Positions 27,679 to 39,026 are shown, counted from the stretch's first letter. The stretch is DNA of 64,000 nucleotides from an uncultured Acidobacteriota bacterium (GCA_963843575.1 CAWJKZ010000015.1:64001-128000); one strand, 5' to 3'. The notes: generated from the sequence alone by a model not told the origin. Made by a program: numbers and translations.

Positions 27679-29862
27679 TCAATTCTCTTCCGGTTCGACG
27701 ACCAGGTGGACGCGCCCGGGTTCCGGGTCGCGCAGGGTCTGGCGCGCGCCGGAGGGCCAGCGGACGACGGCCTGGCGGACGCGCCGGGCGGGTCCCAGGC
27801 CGAAGTGCACGGTGGGTTCGCTCGAGCCGGCGTAACCGACGGAGGTGGTGACGCGGTTCCACTGGCGGCCGGAGTCGGTCTCGATCTCGATCCATGCGCC
27901 GATGGCGTCGCGGTTGCTGCGGGTGCCGCGCAGGCGGAATCGGATCCAGCCGCCCGAAGGGTCGGAGCGGTTGCAGAGGACGACGGGGGCCTCGTTGAGC
28001 CGGGTTACGACGGCGTCGATGCGGCCGTCCCCGTCGAAGTCCGCGAAGGCGGCGCCGCGGTGCAGGGCCGATCCGGCGATCTGGACGGGGCGGAAGGAGC
28101 CGTCGTCCTGGTTGAGGAAGACCACGTTGGGCTGGCGGGCGGAGCGGTTTGAGATCATGTCGATGTTGTCGACGGCGTGGCCGTTGGCGGCGAAGAAGTC
28201 CTTGCGGCCGTCGTTGTTGAAGTCGTAGGAGCCGTTTCCCCAGCCGCTCCAGGGCATGCTGGCGGCGGCGATCCGGACGGGTCCGGAGACGTCGACGAAG
28301 GTGCCGTCCCCCTGGTTGCGGAAGAGCGGGAACATTTCGTTGGTCAGGGCGGTGACGAACAGGTCTTCCCAGCCGTCGTTGTCGAAGTCCCGGAAATCGC
28401 CTCCCATCGACGAGATGGCGACCCCGTAGTTGTTGTAGGCGACCCCGGCCTTGAGCGCGGTGTCGCGGAAGGTGCCGTTCCCCTCGTTGTGAAACAGGAA
28501 GTTGGCGACCGTGTCGTTGGCGACGAAGACATCGATGCGGCCGTCGTGGTCGTAGTCGCCGAAGGCGAGCCCCATCCCTTTCCCCTGGAGTGCGGCGACG
28601 CCGGAGGCCGCGGAGACGTCCTGGAAGGAGCCGTTTCCGAGGTTGCGGTAGAGGGAATTGGGCAGGGTCCCGTAGTACTTGGGGTGGCAGTAGGAGCGGT
28701 GTCCTTCCTGGCTGACGCCGCAGTAGATTTCGCGTCCCGGGTCCCACTGGACGTAGTTGACGACGAACAGGTCGAGCCGGCCGTCGCCGTCGTAGTCGAA
28801 CCACCCGGCCGCGACGGACCAGGTGCCGTTGCCGGCGACGCCGGCGTCGCGGGTGACGTCGGCGAAGGTGCCGTCGCCGCGGTTGCGGTACAGGGTGTTG
28901 CCGCGGACCCCGGCGACGAAGAGGTCGGTCCAGCCGTCGTTGTCGAAGTCGGCGGCGGCGGCCCCCATGCAATAGCCTGTGCCCCGCATGCCCGCGCGTT
29001 CGGTCGTGTCGCTGAAGCGCCCTCCGCCGTCGTTGTGGAAGAGCCGGTTCCAGAATTCCGGGCCGGTCTTCTCGAGCGAGGGAATCTCGGCACCGTTGCT
29101 GACGAAGACGTCCGGCCTGCCGTCGTTGTCGTAATCCAGGACTGCGACGCCCGCCACCATGGTTTCGATCAGGTGTTTCTTTCCGGCGGCGCCGTTGCGG
29201 ACCACCATCCCGAGCGGGGTCGGTTCGAACCGGACGGATGCCGTCTCGTTGGGGGGCGGGGCGGCCCCGAGGTGCGCCCCCTCGACGGAGCGGCGGATGT
29301 TCTCCAATTCCTCCGGAGCCCCGGCGTCCTTGAGGGCGTCGATGGCCTCGCGCCCGCGCCCGTTGCGGTGCAGGAACAGCCCGTAGTCGACCCGCGCGCG
29401 CCGCTCGCCGGCGGCGATCGCGTCGCGGTAGTGCTGTTCGGCGGCGGCCGACTGCCCGAGCGCCTCGAACGCCTGGGCGAGTCCGAGCAGCGCGCGGCCT
29501 CGCCCTTGCCCGCTCCGGAGCGCGAGGTCGTAGGCCTTGCGGGCGTCCTCGTAACGGCTGAGGCTGTAGAGGGTCCTGCCGAGGTAGTAGCAGGCGTTTT
29601 CCTCGGCCGGGTCGATGGCGCAGGCGCGCTGGAACGGGGCGAGCGCCTGCCGGTAATCCTCGCGGGCCGCGAAGGTCATGCCGAGCAGCTTGTACGGAAG
29701 GGCGCGGCCCGGCTGCTCGGCGACCGCCTGCCGGAAGTACTCTTCCGCCTTCACGAAATCCTTCCGGCCGAAGGCGGCGAGGCCCAGGTTGAGCGCGTCT
29801 CCGGTGTTCTGGGCCGCGCAGGCCGCCCACGCCAGCAGCAGGATCAACCGGAAGTTGCCCAT
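27679..29862 (-). CDS. TPR + FG-GAP repeat + ASPIC/UnbV (CRTAC1-like) protein
   Basis: N-terminal TPRs; repeated DYDNDG..D motifs; SNRDAIGA...HFGLG...VRWPSG. Confidence 0.92.
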   Translation of the reverse strand: MGNFRLILLLAWAACAAQNTGDALNLGLAAFGRKDFVKAEEYFRQAVAEQPGRALPYKLLGMTFAAREDYRQALAPFQRACAIDPAEENACYYLGRTLYSLSRYEDARKAYDLALRSGQGRGRALLGLAQAFEALGQSAAAEQHYRDAIAAGERRARVDYGLFLHRNGRGREAIDALKDAGAPEELENIRRSVEGAHLGAAPPPNETASVRFEPTPLGMVVRNGAAGKKHLIETMVAGVAVLDYDNDGRPDVFVSNGAEIPSLEKTGPEFWNRLFHNDGGGRFSDTTERAGMRGTGYCMGAAAADFDNDGWTDLFVAGVRGNTLYRNRGDGTFADVTRDAGVAGNGTWSVAAGWFDYDGDGRLDLFVVNYVQWDPGREIYCGVSQEGHRSYCHPKYYGTLPNSLYRNLGNGSFQDVSAASGVAALQGKGMGLAFGDYDHDGRIDVFVANDTVANFLFHNEGNGTFRDTALKAGVAYNNYGVAISSMGGDFRDFDNDGWEDLFVTALTNEMFPLFRNQGDGTFVDVSGPVRIAAASMPWSGWGNGSYDFNNDGRKDFFAANGHAVDNIDMISNRSARQPNVVFLNQDDGSFRPVQIAGSALHRGAAFADFDGDGRIDAVVTRLNEAPVVLCNRSDPSGGWIRFRLRGTRSNRDAIGAWIEIETDSGRQWNRVTTSVGYAGSSEPTVHFGLGPARRVRQAVVRWPSGARQTLRDPEPGRVHLVVEPEEN

Positions 29863-29983
29863 ATTGCGGGAAGCGTAACACAACTCGAGGTGGGCGGGGG
29901 CGGCCCGCCTCGCGCCCTTCGTCGAGGCCGCGTCGAGACCGCCGCGGCCCGACCCCGCAGGCGGTCGGCGCTGTTTTGCGATC

Positions 29984-30045
29984 TTGACAAGGGTCTGTGC
30001 CCTACTTTAATTACTGTCAGTTCTGATACGCGGAATGCGTTTCGA
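29984..30045 (+). promoter_or_regulatory. Putative sigma70 promoter with IclR-like operator
   Basis: TTGACA-16-TTTAAT; downstream imperfect palindrome TTCTGATACGCGGAA. Confidence 0.45.
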
Positions 30046-30248
30046 AATTTGCTAAAAGCGGCAAACGACACGGCAGGTGGGGCGTCTCCCTGGCGGCCCC
30101 GATGTCAGCCTTCGTGGCGCGACCTGACTTTAGCCTCTCCCATCACCCCCGCCGCCGGCGGGGACTCACACACCACGGGAAAATTGCGTCGATCGTTGAT
30201 CAGGTTCGCAACGAAGAAAGGCGGATATGACTAGACTCGTCCGTGTTT

Positions 30249-30320
30249 GTGGAGTGCGGCGCCTCGGCGCTGCCCACAAAGCCGCGTCGAGGCCGCCGCG
30301 GCCCACCGCCGCACTCCACA
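30249..30320. repeat. GGAGTGCGGCG REP doublet
   Basis: gtggagtgcggcg ... cgccgcactccac. Confidence 0.75.
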
Positions 30321-30339
30321 CGGAAATCCCCAAAAAAGC

Positions 30340-30405
30340 TTGACAGTTGCGCCGCATCTCCATATTAATGGAGCAGTTTCTGGAACCCATTCTGAAGACT
30401 GGAAT
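30340..30405 (+). promoter_or_regulatory. Putative sigma70 promoter with IclR-like operator
   Basis: TTGACA-17-TATTAA; downstream TTCTGAAGACTGGAA. Confidence 0.5.
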
Positions 30406-30408
30406 CGT

Positions 30409-31210
30409 GTGACCCACGACCACTACATAGAGTTGGTGGGAAAAGTCGTTCGTGTTGCAGACACTCTGCAGAACGAACCGACCGGTTTGAGTCTCAAGGA
30501 ACTGTCCCGTCGCACGGGATACGCCAAAAGCTCGCTCCACAGGATTCTGCACAGCCTGAGGCGGCACGGCTACATCGAGCAGGACATCACGGGCGGCCAT
30601 ATCGCCTGGGCCTGCAGTTTCTGATCGTGGCGAGCGGCCTCACATTCCAGGATCGGATTGGTCAAGATGGCGCGTCCGTGCCTGCACGAGCTGGTGGAGC
30701 GTTTCAGGGAGAGCGCCTACCTGGCGGTCATGCGGGGGGGCAGGGCTGTATTCGTCGATTCCGAGGAGGCCCCGGGCGAGTTGCGGCTCACGGGCAACCT
30801 TGGAGAGGAAGTGCGTTTTCACGCGACAGCCGCGGGGAAAGCGATGGCGGCGTATTTCAGCGAGAAGGAGCGCGCCGCGATATCTGTGCAGTAATCGTCA
30901 TGATGCGCCGACGGCCCACACCAAGACCAAGCCCTCAGACATTGCGCGGGACTGGGAGCGGGTGCGCCGCCGGGGGTATGCGGTCAACAACGAGGAGACG
31001 ATTCTGGGGGCGGTGTACCTGGCAGCGCCCCTGTTCGACTCGAGGGAGCGGGTCTGCGCGAGCATCTCGGTCGGGTTGCCGAAGGTGCGTTATTCGCCGC
31101 AGATCTCGAAGCGGATCGCCGCCCAGCTTGTGGATTCCTGCCGCCGGCTCTCGGAAGAGCTGCTGGCGACGGGGTACGTGCACCTCACGGGGAGTTGCGC
31201 CGATCGTTGA
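30409..31210 (+). pseudogene. IclR family transcriptional regulator, frameshifted (about 30600, 30645, 30885)
   Basis: HTH LSLKELSRRTGYAKSSLHRIL; YRLG, HATAAGKA and VRRRGYAVNNEE distributed over different frames. Confidence 0.85.
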
Positions 31211-31239
31211 CTGTACATCTTCACCGAAGAAAGGTTGAT

Positions 31240-34200
31240 ATGACAAAACTCGCCCGAGTAACGTTCTGCGTCAGCGCGGTGCTGACGCTTTGCCTCTTGC
31301 CTCTGTCCTTGATGGCGCAGAGCGGCCGCGGAAACATCACGGGGGTGGTCAAGGACTCCACCGGCGCGCTGGTTCCGGGAGCCGAGATAGTGCTCACCAA
31401 CATTGAGACCGGCGTCGAAACGAACACGCAGAGCACGGATGCCGGTGTTTACCGCATTCCCTATGTTCCGGCGGGCAGGTACAAGGTTGCCGCCTCGCTG
31501 ACTGGATTCAAGACGGCTGTGCAGGAGAACGTCGAGATTCACGTCACTGGTACGGCGACCGTCGACTTCGTGATGGAAGTCGGCCAGATCGCGGAGACGG
31601 TCCTGGTTTCCGGCGAAGCGCCGATGCTCGAGAGGGCGTCGGCTGAAATCGGTACCGTGACCACTCAAAAGGAGATGGCAAACTGGCCCATTCAGATTGG
31701 CGATGGCACCCGCGGGATCCAGACCTTCATCTTCACCAGCATGCCCGGCACCGAGGGCGGTGAATGGCAAGGTTCGATCAACGGCGGCCAGCAGTTTTCC
31801 CACGAGATTCTGATCGACGGAATTTCGCTCGGCCGGTTTGACCTGAATGGCGGCAGCACGGGCGAATTCACCGTGACGATGGATGCCGTCAGCGAGTCCA
31901 AACTGCAGACAGGGGCGCTCGGCGCGCAGTATGGCAACACCCAGACCGGCCTAGCTAACTTCGGCATGAGGTCGGGCACGAACGAGTTCCATGGCAGTGC
32001 CTTCTGGTTCCACCAGAATTCGGCCCTCAATGCCAACAGTTGGGGAGCCAACAACAACGGCAGGCTTGATCCCGAAACCGGTAAGGCCTACAAGGCCAAG
32101 ACCAAGCTCAACAATTATGGCGCTACGTTCGGCGGGCCTATCCGCAAGGACAGATCGTTCTTCTTCTTCTCGTTTGAGGAAAACCGCCAGGCGAACTACA
32201 ACCCCAGCACCACCTACAACAACTCTCCGACCGCGCAAATGAAGAAGGGTGATTTTTCGCAACTCCTGGATCCCGCCTTCACCGAGAACGCGAGCTCGGG
32301 GAAGGTCGTCGGCACGGATGCCCTGGGGCGCCCGATTGTTTTCGGACAGATCTACGATCCGCTCACCACCCGTCAAGCTCCCAACGGTGCATATGTGCGG
32401 GACCCCTTCCCCGGCAACATCATTCCGTCGAGCCGGTTCAGCGCCGTGACCAAGAGGATGCTTGATCCCGGTTACGCGCTGCCGGATCCCACCTTCCCAC
32501 TGGTAGGTCAGCTTGGCGAGACGCTGCGAAGAAACACCATTCGCATCAGCGGTTGCTGCCCGGAACTGTACATCAAGAACTACAGTATCAAGGTAGACAA
32601 CGTTCTTACGGCGCAGCACAGGCTTTCAGGGTCCTACACCAGGAACGACAGGTACCGCCTTCGCTACGGGGGTGGTAGTTACTATGCCTTGCCGGGCAAT
32701 ATACCTAACGTGCCCGCTGCGGGAGACAAGAAGCAGAGCACGCCCGGGACTCTGGTCCGTGTGGCCGAAGACTGGACGATCAGTCCGACCATGCTGAACC
32801 ACTTCGGGTTTGGCTACAACCGCTTCGTTAATGCGAACGTATCCAACTCCTTCTACTCCGGCAAAGACTGGGCGAAGGAACTGGGTTTTGTCAATGTCGG
32901 AGGAGCGTCAACGCCGACAGTGACCTTTAACGGTCCCACAGTTTGGCAGAGCGGCACATACCTGCGCTGGGGGTATAGTTACAACGGCGTCTCACCGAAC
33001 GGCAGCAGTATCGTGCAGAACGATTTCACCTGGATCAGGGGAAAACACAGCCTGAGAATGGGTGTCGAGCACAGACGCTACTACAATAACGTCACGCAAG
33101 CGGATCATGTCGGCACCTACAACTTCGATGGCAACCAGACAGCCCTTTCCAGTTTTGACCGGCAAACCGGCTTCGCCTTCGCAAGTTTTTTGCTGGGGGC
33201 CGTTCGCAACTCGAGCGCACCTGTCTACGGCATAACCCAGGGAACTCGATCCAGGACGACCGCGATGTACGTCCAGGATGACTGGAAGGTGAGCCAGAAG
33301 CTGACGCTTAACCTGGGGCTGCGTTGGGATATACCGACCGGATATACCAACCCCAACAATTTCATGTCGGGACTGGATCCGAACGCTCCCAACCCGGGCG
33401 CTGACGGCTATCCCGGTGCGCTGGTCTTTCTCGGTACTTGCCCCCAGTGCAACGGTAAGACCCGTTGGACGGATCTCTACTACGGCGAGTGGGCACCAAG
33501 GATTGGTGTCGCCTACGCGGTGAACAACAAACTGATTCTCCGCGGGGGATATGGAATCAACTATGCCCCGCCACTTGCTGACGGTTTTGGAGCGCAGTTT
33601 TTTGATGGATTCGACGGGACCAACTTTATCTCGGCCAAAACGGGGCGCAAAGGGAACGCTAACGATCCGGCGTATTGGTGGGATAACCCGTATCCCGTAT
33701 ATACGGCCAGCCTGCCGAACTACGACCCCGCCCAGCTAAACGATGGAGGTATCGGGTACTATCCGAAAGACCTTAACAAGTACCCCAAGGTCCAGAACTG
33801 GAACATCGGCGTTCAGTTTGAGCTTCCCTGGCAAACACGGTTGGAGGCCAACTACGTCGGATCCAAGGGGACCCGGTTAAGCGACGGCTACTCATCGCAA
33901 CATCCAGCAGTTGAATCCATCGTATCTGTCACTCGGCGATACTCTGCTCGAAGACATCGCTGATCATCCGGAAATCAAGATGCCCTATCCCAGCTTCTCC
34001 GGGACAGTCGGCCAGGCCTTGCTGCCATTCCCGCAATACCGCGGAATTTCCACGCCTCGCCAGAACTCGGGCTGGTCCAATTACCATTCGTTGCAGATAA
34101 CTGCGACGAAGCGCGTGTCCACGGGCTTGAGTTTCCTGGTTGCTTACACCTTCTCCAAGAGTCTTGGGAGCGCCGATGATTCTCTTGGGTATTATGGCGG

Positions 34201-34855
34201 TTACGGACAGACGATTTATAACCGTAGACTCGATTACTCTGTCACCTCGCTGAACGTGCCCCAGGACCTGAAGGTCACCTGGATTTATGACCTGCCCTTT
34301 GGTGCGCAGGGGCATTGGTTGAAGTCCGGGCCTCTCAGTTATCTCCTGGGCGGATTGACCATCAGCGGGATCAACAATTGGCGTTCCGGCGCCCCGCTCA
34401 GCATCAGCAACGGCAGCGGCCCGGATACGGGCGCGCTATCCAACCCCGGCTTCTATGTCGACACCCTGTTGGCGCGAGATCAGCAGATCATCGGTTCGAA
34501 ACCCAGCGATCCGGATCGTGGTCTGGGGACCCCTTATCTGAATCCGGCAGCCTGGGGACCGGTGCCGGTTACTGACAACAGTGTGCCCTTGAGACTGCCT
34601 AATGGCGTGCGCTGGCAGCCAAACCTGCGCGGCTTTGCTCAAAACGGCGAGCAGCTGTCGATCATCAAACGGACGAGGCTGCCGTTCAGGGAGAGCGGTA
34701 CCTTCGAGCTCAGAGCGGATATGACCAATCCCCTAAATCGCACCTGGATTTCCGATCCGAATACGGATATTAGCGATCAAGAAACTTTCGGCCGTATCTT
34801 TAGCAAGTATGGCGGCGGCCGAACCATTCAGCTTGGCGTTCGCATCACCTTCTAG
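31240..34855 (+). CDS. TonB-dependent receptor with carboxypeptidase-regulatory-like N-domain; one frameshift near 33897
   Basis: ITGVVKDSTGALVPGA, SGTNEFHGS and YVQDDWKVSQKLTLNLGLRWD motifs; C-terminal RTIQLGVRITF; split over two frames. Confidence 0.88.
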
Positions 34856-34879
34856 GTAAGACTCGTCCACAAACGCAAG

Positions 34880-34913
34880 GGGGCGGATCCTCCGGGATCC
34901 GCCCCTTTCTTTT
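34880..34913 (+). terminator. Intrinsic terminator
   Basis: ggggcggatcc-tccg-ggatccgcccc followed by tttctttt. Confidence 0.8.
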
Positions 34914-35069
34914 GGTGTGCCGAGCATGTTCGACGGCCGGTTATCTCTACGCTCACAAGATTCGCATCTTCGATTCCCCCCGGGTTTGCTGAACCGTTTC
35001 GCGACGAAATCCGGGAAAACGCGCATGATTTCGGTACTCTGATTCGGCCTCACGTTCAATGCCGGCCGA

Positions 35070-35315
35070 ATGTCCATTTTCGGTCTTGAAGCGTGTGTAC
35101 GGCGCAGGCTATGGTCTGTGATCTGGAAGCAGTGGAAACGAGGATCAGTGCGGTTCGCTGAACTGCGTCAACGTGGTGTGGGTGAAGATCTCGCGGCCCA
35201 AACCGCGGGCAGCGCCCACGGCCCGCGGCGTCCTTCCAACAGCCCCGCCCTCAATATGTCTCTGCCCAATGCTTACATCGTCTCGCTTGGGATTCCGAGG
35301 TTGACTGGCGGATGA
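35070..35315 (+). pseudogene. C-terminal fragment of a group II intron RT/maturase
   Basis: VRRRLWSVIWKQWKRG...AAQTAGS...SPAL...LPNAY..SLG matches the maturase X-domain tail; no RT core and no domain V/VI seen. Confidence 0.75.
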
Positions 35316-35377
35316 TGGAGGTGAAGTCATAGTCGCCGTGAGGTGGGGCTTGAAGGAAGGAAGTGAGGAGCAAGCAC

Positions 35378-35788
35378 TCAAAGAATCTCGAACAACTCCA
35401 GCCCGCAGTGGGGAGCCATCCGCAGGAAATCCTCGTCAGTGGTCAGGAGCTGCGATTTGCATTCGACTGCAGTGGCCGCAATCAGGCAATCCACGGCCGA
35501 CGCGGCTACGCCCGAGTGGCGGCAGGCATTGGCGATCCTTGCCGCAGCAACATGATGCTCGCGCGCTGCGAGGATCACCGGGAATCCCTCCATGAGGTCC
35601 CGCAGCCGTTCGAAGTCGATTTCGGTTCGCACACCCGAGAGCAATTCCTGCAATACAATTCCGGGGACGGATACGGACTGGTCTTCTTCCACCATCCTGC
35701 GGAAGACTCGCACAATGGGCGCTTCGGGGCTTCCGCCGACTCTGCGGCGGAAAGTGAGCGACAAGACGGAGGTGTCGACGACGATCAT
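35378..35788 (-). CDS. vapC: PIN-domain VapC toxin
   Basis: MIVVDTSV, IVLQELLSG, VDCLIAATA and LLTTDEDF motifs. Confidence 0.88.
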   Translation of the reverse strand: MIVVDTSVLSLTFRRRVGGSPEAPIVRVFRRMVEEDQSVSVPGIVLQELLSGVRTEIDFERLRDLMEGFPVILAAREHHVAAARIANACRHSGVAASAVDCLIAATAVECKSQLLTTDEDFLRMAPHCGLELFEIL

Positions 35789-35985
35789 CGCTTCCTCCGC
35801 AGCTTCTTGTAGTCATAGGAGGGGTCCATAGCGACCGTCCCGAACGCCTCCAGCGCCTTCAGTCGCTTGCGACGTTGGATGTACTCGCGCAGCGCCTCGT
35901 TAACTGTCTCCCGTTTGGTTGGTCGGCCCCCTATTTTCAGGGCCTCTTCGAGCAACTGATCGTCGATTGCAAGATTGGTCGGCAT
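35785..35985 (-). CDS. vapB: VapB-type antitoxin
   Basis: MPTNLAIDDQLLEEAL..TKRETVNEALREYI; ATGA overlap with vapC. Confidence 0.85.
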   Translation of the reverse strand: MPTNLAIDDQLLEEALKIGGRPTKRETVNEALREYIQRRKRLKALEAFGTVAMDPSYDYKKLRRKR

Positions 35986-36237
35986 GCAGATGCTCCCTTC
36001 TACACATAATCTAACACAACGTATTTGCTGCGGACAATTCCTTGAATTGCGTAGTATCCCGACGGCAGTGTGCTGCGTTTTTGGGGCGCAGGCCTCGGCC
36101 GCCTCGGTACCGCTCTACGCGGGTATTGGATCGGTAACGTGGGTCCATGAGCGGTGCCTGGACGCCACCCACGACTTGAATTCCGGAACTTTTCCGGGGG
36201 CGGATCTCGTACTGGAGGTCAAATGGGAGGATAGGCC

Positions 36238-36972
36238 ATGGCTACGTGGGCTCGCTGGTTGCTGCCGCTGGTTTCGCTGGCGTTCTGCGGTTGTGAAGGG
36301 TTTGATTTCGACGCAATTCAACTTCAAGGCTCCGGCAAGATGGCGACGGAGCAGCGGCCCGTGTCCGGTTTTAACGCTGTCGTTCTAACCGGGACCGGCG
36401 ACCTGAGGATCGAGACGGGCAATCCGGAGTCGCTGAAAATAGAGGCCGACGACAACATCATCCCCAAGATCCGCAGCGACATCGAAGGGGGGAAGCTCAG
36501 GATCGGGTTCGAGCGCGGGTATTCGGTGCGAGCCCGCGTCCCGATTCGCTACCTGCTGGTGGTTAAAGACCTGAAGGAAGTCGGGCTCTCCGGGTCGGGC
36601 ACCGTCAGCACGGCGGCGCTGCGCGCCGACGACATGGACGTGCACCTGTCCGGGTCCGGCGAGATCCGGTTCGACGAGTTGTCTGCGACCAAGCTGGTCG
36701 CGCACATCAGCGGGTCGGGCGACATCAAGATACCGGGAACCGTGGAGAGCCAGGAGATCCACATCTCGGGATCGGGCGACTACGACGCCCAGGATTTGCA
36801 GAGCCGCACCGCCTCGGTGTCGATCAGCGGGTCGGGAGGCTCAAAGCTGTGGGTGACCGAGGCGCTGTCCGCGAGTATCTCCGGGTCCGGGGACGTCGAG
36901 TATTACGGTGAACCCAAGCTGACGAAGAGCGTCTCTGGTTCCGGCGAACTCATCGGCCGCGGCAAGAGGTAA
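36238..36972 (+). CDS. DUF2807/GIN-domain putative lipoprotein
   Basis: GSGKMATEQR, IEADDNIIP and repeated ISGSG motifs. Confidence 0.85.
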   Translation: MATWARWLLPLVSLAFCGCEGFDFDAIQLQGSGKMATEQRPVSGFNAVVLTGTGDLRIETGNPESLKIEADDNIIPKIRSDIEGGKLRIGFERGYSVRARVPIRYLLVVKDLKEVGLSGSGTVSTAALRADDMDVHLSGSGEIRFDELSATKLVAHISGSGDIKIPGTVESQEIHISGSGDYDAQDLQSRTASVSISGSGGSKLWVTEALSASISGSGDVEYYGEPKLTKSVSGSGELIGRGKR

Positions 36973-36980
36973 CGAAAGCC

Positions 36981-37090
36981 AAGTGGGTCCGGGCTTCAGC
37001 CCGGACGTCTTTAAAACCGTGCCATACAGCTACGCTTGCGCCGCATAGCGACCGCAACAAGCGTCCGGGCTGAAGCCCGGACCCACTTGC
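36981..37090. repeat. GTGG-GTCCGGGCTTCAGCCCGGAC REP doublet
   Basis: Two inverted copies between convergent genes. Confidence 0.85.
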
Positions 37091-37096
37091 ACTTGA

Positions 37097-38995
37097 TTAA
37101 GTTCTCCGGATGGCGCGGTAGATGGCGACGGGGAGCGCGATCAGGACGGCGACCGACAGCAGGTCGCGCAGCCAGCCCCATGGGATCGCCGGCAACGGTA
37201 GCGCGACATCGAAGCCGATCGGCACCGCGAGGAAAATGCCCGTCAGCGCCTCGCCTGCGACGAGCCCGGCGCACAGGACCGTCCCGTTCTGGATCGCGGC
37301 CGCGAGCTTGGCTTCGTCCCTGGTCCGGGTGGTGATCATCAGGTGCACGAGCCCGCCGAGGAGGATCGGCAGCGTCGTCGTGAACGGCAGGTAGATCCCG
37401 ACGGCAACCGCCATCGGGCTGATCCCGAAACTCGAGCCGCGCCGCTTCAGTTCCTGCCCGACCAGGATCAGGATCACCGACAGCCCGGCACCCATCCCCA
37501 CCATTCCCCACGGCAAGCTGGAGCCCTGCATGAACAGCCCGCGCGCCATAGCCGAAAACATGCTTGCCTGCGGCGCAAGGAGCCGCTCGGAGCCGATCCC
37601 GAACGCCTTGTCGAGAAACGCCATCAGGGGCGCCGCCAGAAACGAGGTGACCACGACCGCGACGATGAGCCCCGCCTGGACCGACCTCGGAGTGCCGCCG
37701 ACGATCAGGGCGGTCTTGAAGTTCTGGGAGGCCGTCCCCGAGAGGCAGGCGGCGAGGCACACGACGCCGGAGATCAGCAGCACGGTCCGCACGGCCTCGG
37801 CGTCGGTGACGCGGCCGGCGAAAAGGAAGAGCGCCGCCAGGAGGAAGGTGCAGATCGTGATCCCCGAAACAGGCTGATTGGTGCTTCCGATCAACCCGAC
37901 GATGTAGACCGAGATCGCGACGAAGAAGAACACGGCGAGCAATGTGTACAGGGTGGCGATCGAAGCGCCCACTACCCCGACATTGAAGAAGTACACCCCG
38001 GACGCGAGCACCATCCCGAGAACGATCAGGGTCCAGATGACGCCGCGCGAGAGGTCGACGTCGCGCGGATCGGATCCCGCCGACTCCTGCGCGGTGGCAC
38101 TCGACAGGCCGGCGACGGCCGACCGTATCCCCGCCAGGAGCTGCTTGCGGATCTGGACGATGGACCAGATCCCGCCGACCGTCATACCGCCGACCCCGAT
38201 GTAGCGCACGCGGTCCGCCCACATCGTCTGGGCCGCCTCCGCGGCGGGGCCGGGCGCCGGGTAGAGCCACGTAAAAAGAGGGATGAAGACGAGCCAGGCC
38301 AGGGCTCCGCCCAGGGCGACCAGCGCGGCGCCGTTGAACTCGATGATGAAACCGACCCCGACCAGGGCGGCCGAAACATCCGAGCCTAGCCGGAACGCAG
38401 CGTTGCCGGCCCGGAACGCCCCGGAGACCGTCTCCTGCAGCACGGCGAATCCGGATGAAAACACCTTCACCGCCAGCCCGGCGCAGAAGGCCCCCACCAC
38501 ACCGGCGATCCCTTCGCGGCGTCCGCCGCCGAATGCGGCCATGCCGGTCTTCAGGATCTCGGCCGTCGCGACCCCTTCGGGGTACTTCAACTCGGTCGAT
38601 TCCACGACCATCGGGCGCCGGAGGAACCCCGTCAGGACCACTCCGAGGATGCTGCCGGCCAGCACCGCGACCGTGACGGTGGTGTATTCCCTCGCGCCCC
38701 ACTCCGCGAGAGGCTTCATGGCCCCGGACAGGACGAGGGCGGGGAAGACGAAGATCACGCCGGCGGCCATTCCCTCGCCCACCGAACCCGTGGCCTGGGA
38801 CAGGTTCACCTCGGCGACCGAGCGCGTTTTCATGATCGTGTGGAACAGGATCAGCGCGATGACGCTCGCCGGGATGTTGGCCGAGATCGTGATCCCGACC
38901 TTCAGCCCGAGGTACATGTTGGCCGCCGCCATCGCGAGGCTGAGCACGATCCCCACCACCACGGCCCGCAACGTGAATTCCCGCCCATCGGTCAT
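37097..38995 (-). CDS. OPT family oligopeptide transporter
   Basis: EFTLRAVVVG, YLGLKVG, YPEGVA, APQA and GLVAGEAL motifs. Confidence 0.92.
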   Translation of the reverse strand: MTDGREFTLRAVVVGIVLSLAMAAANMYLGLKVGITISANIPASVIALILFHTIMKTRSVAEVNLSQATGSVGEGMAAGVIFVFPALVLSGAMKPLAEWGAREYTTVTVAVLAGSILGVVLTGFLRRPMVVESTELKYPEGVATAEILKTGMAAFGGGRREGIAGVVGAFCAGLAVKVFSSGFAVLQETVSGAFRAGNAAFRLGSDVSAALVGVGFIIEFNGAALVALGGALAWLVFIPLFTWLYPAPGPAAEAAQTMWADRVRYIGVGGMTVGGIWSIVQIRKQLLAGIRSAVAGLSSATAQESAGSDPRDVDLSRGVIWTLIVLGMVLASGVYFFNVGVVGASIATLYTLLAVFFFVAISVYIVGLIGSTNQPVSGITICTFLLAALFLFAGRVTDAEAVRTVLLISGVVCLAACLSGTASQNFKTALIVGGTPRSVQAGLIVAVVVTSFLAAPLMAFLDKAFGIGSERLLAPQASMFSAMARGLFMQGSSLPWGMVGMGAGLSVILILVGQELKRRGSSFGISPMAVAVGIYLPFTTTLPILLGGLVHLMITTRTRDEAKLAAAIQNGTVLCAGLVAGEALTGIFLAVPIGFDVALPLPAIPWGWLRDLLSVAVLIALPVAIYRAIRRT

Positions 38996-39026
38996 CTGCA
39001 GCCCCTCCCGCCTGTGAATATACACC

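Noticed and set aside
27440-30234. Long alternative-frame and antisense ORFs (e.g. 813 aa, 685 aa; also 37011-39632, 17004-19268)
   Set aside because: Shadow ORFs of high-GC genes: Arg/Pro/Gly-rich, no motifs, and overlapping well-supported CDSs.
35070-35315. RT fragment as the missing DGR reverse transcriptase
   Set aside because: It matches a group II intron maturase tail, lacks the RT core and lies 25 kb away.
36981-37090. Integron attC sites among the intergenic palindromes
   Set aside because: No RYYYAAC...GTTRRRY boxes, flanking genes in mixed orientation and no integrase; the structure fits REP doublets.
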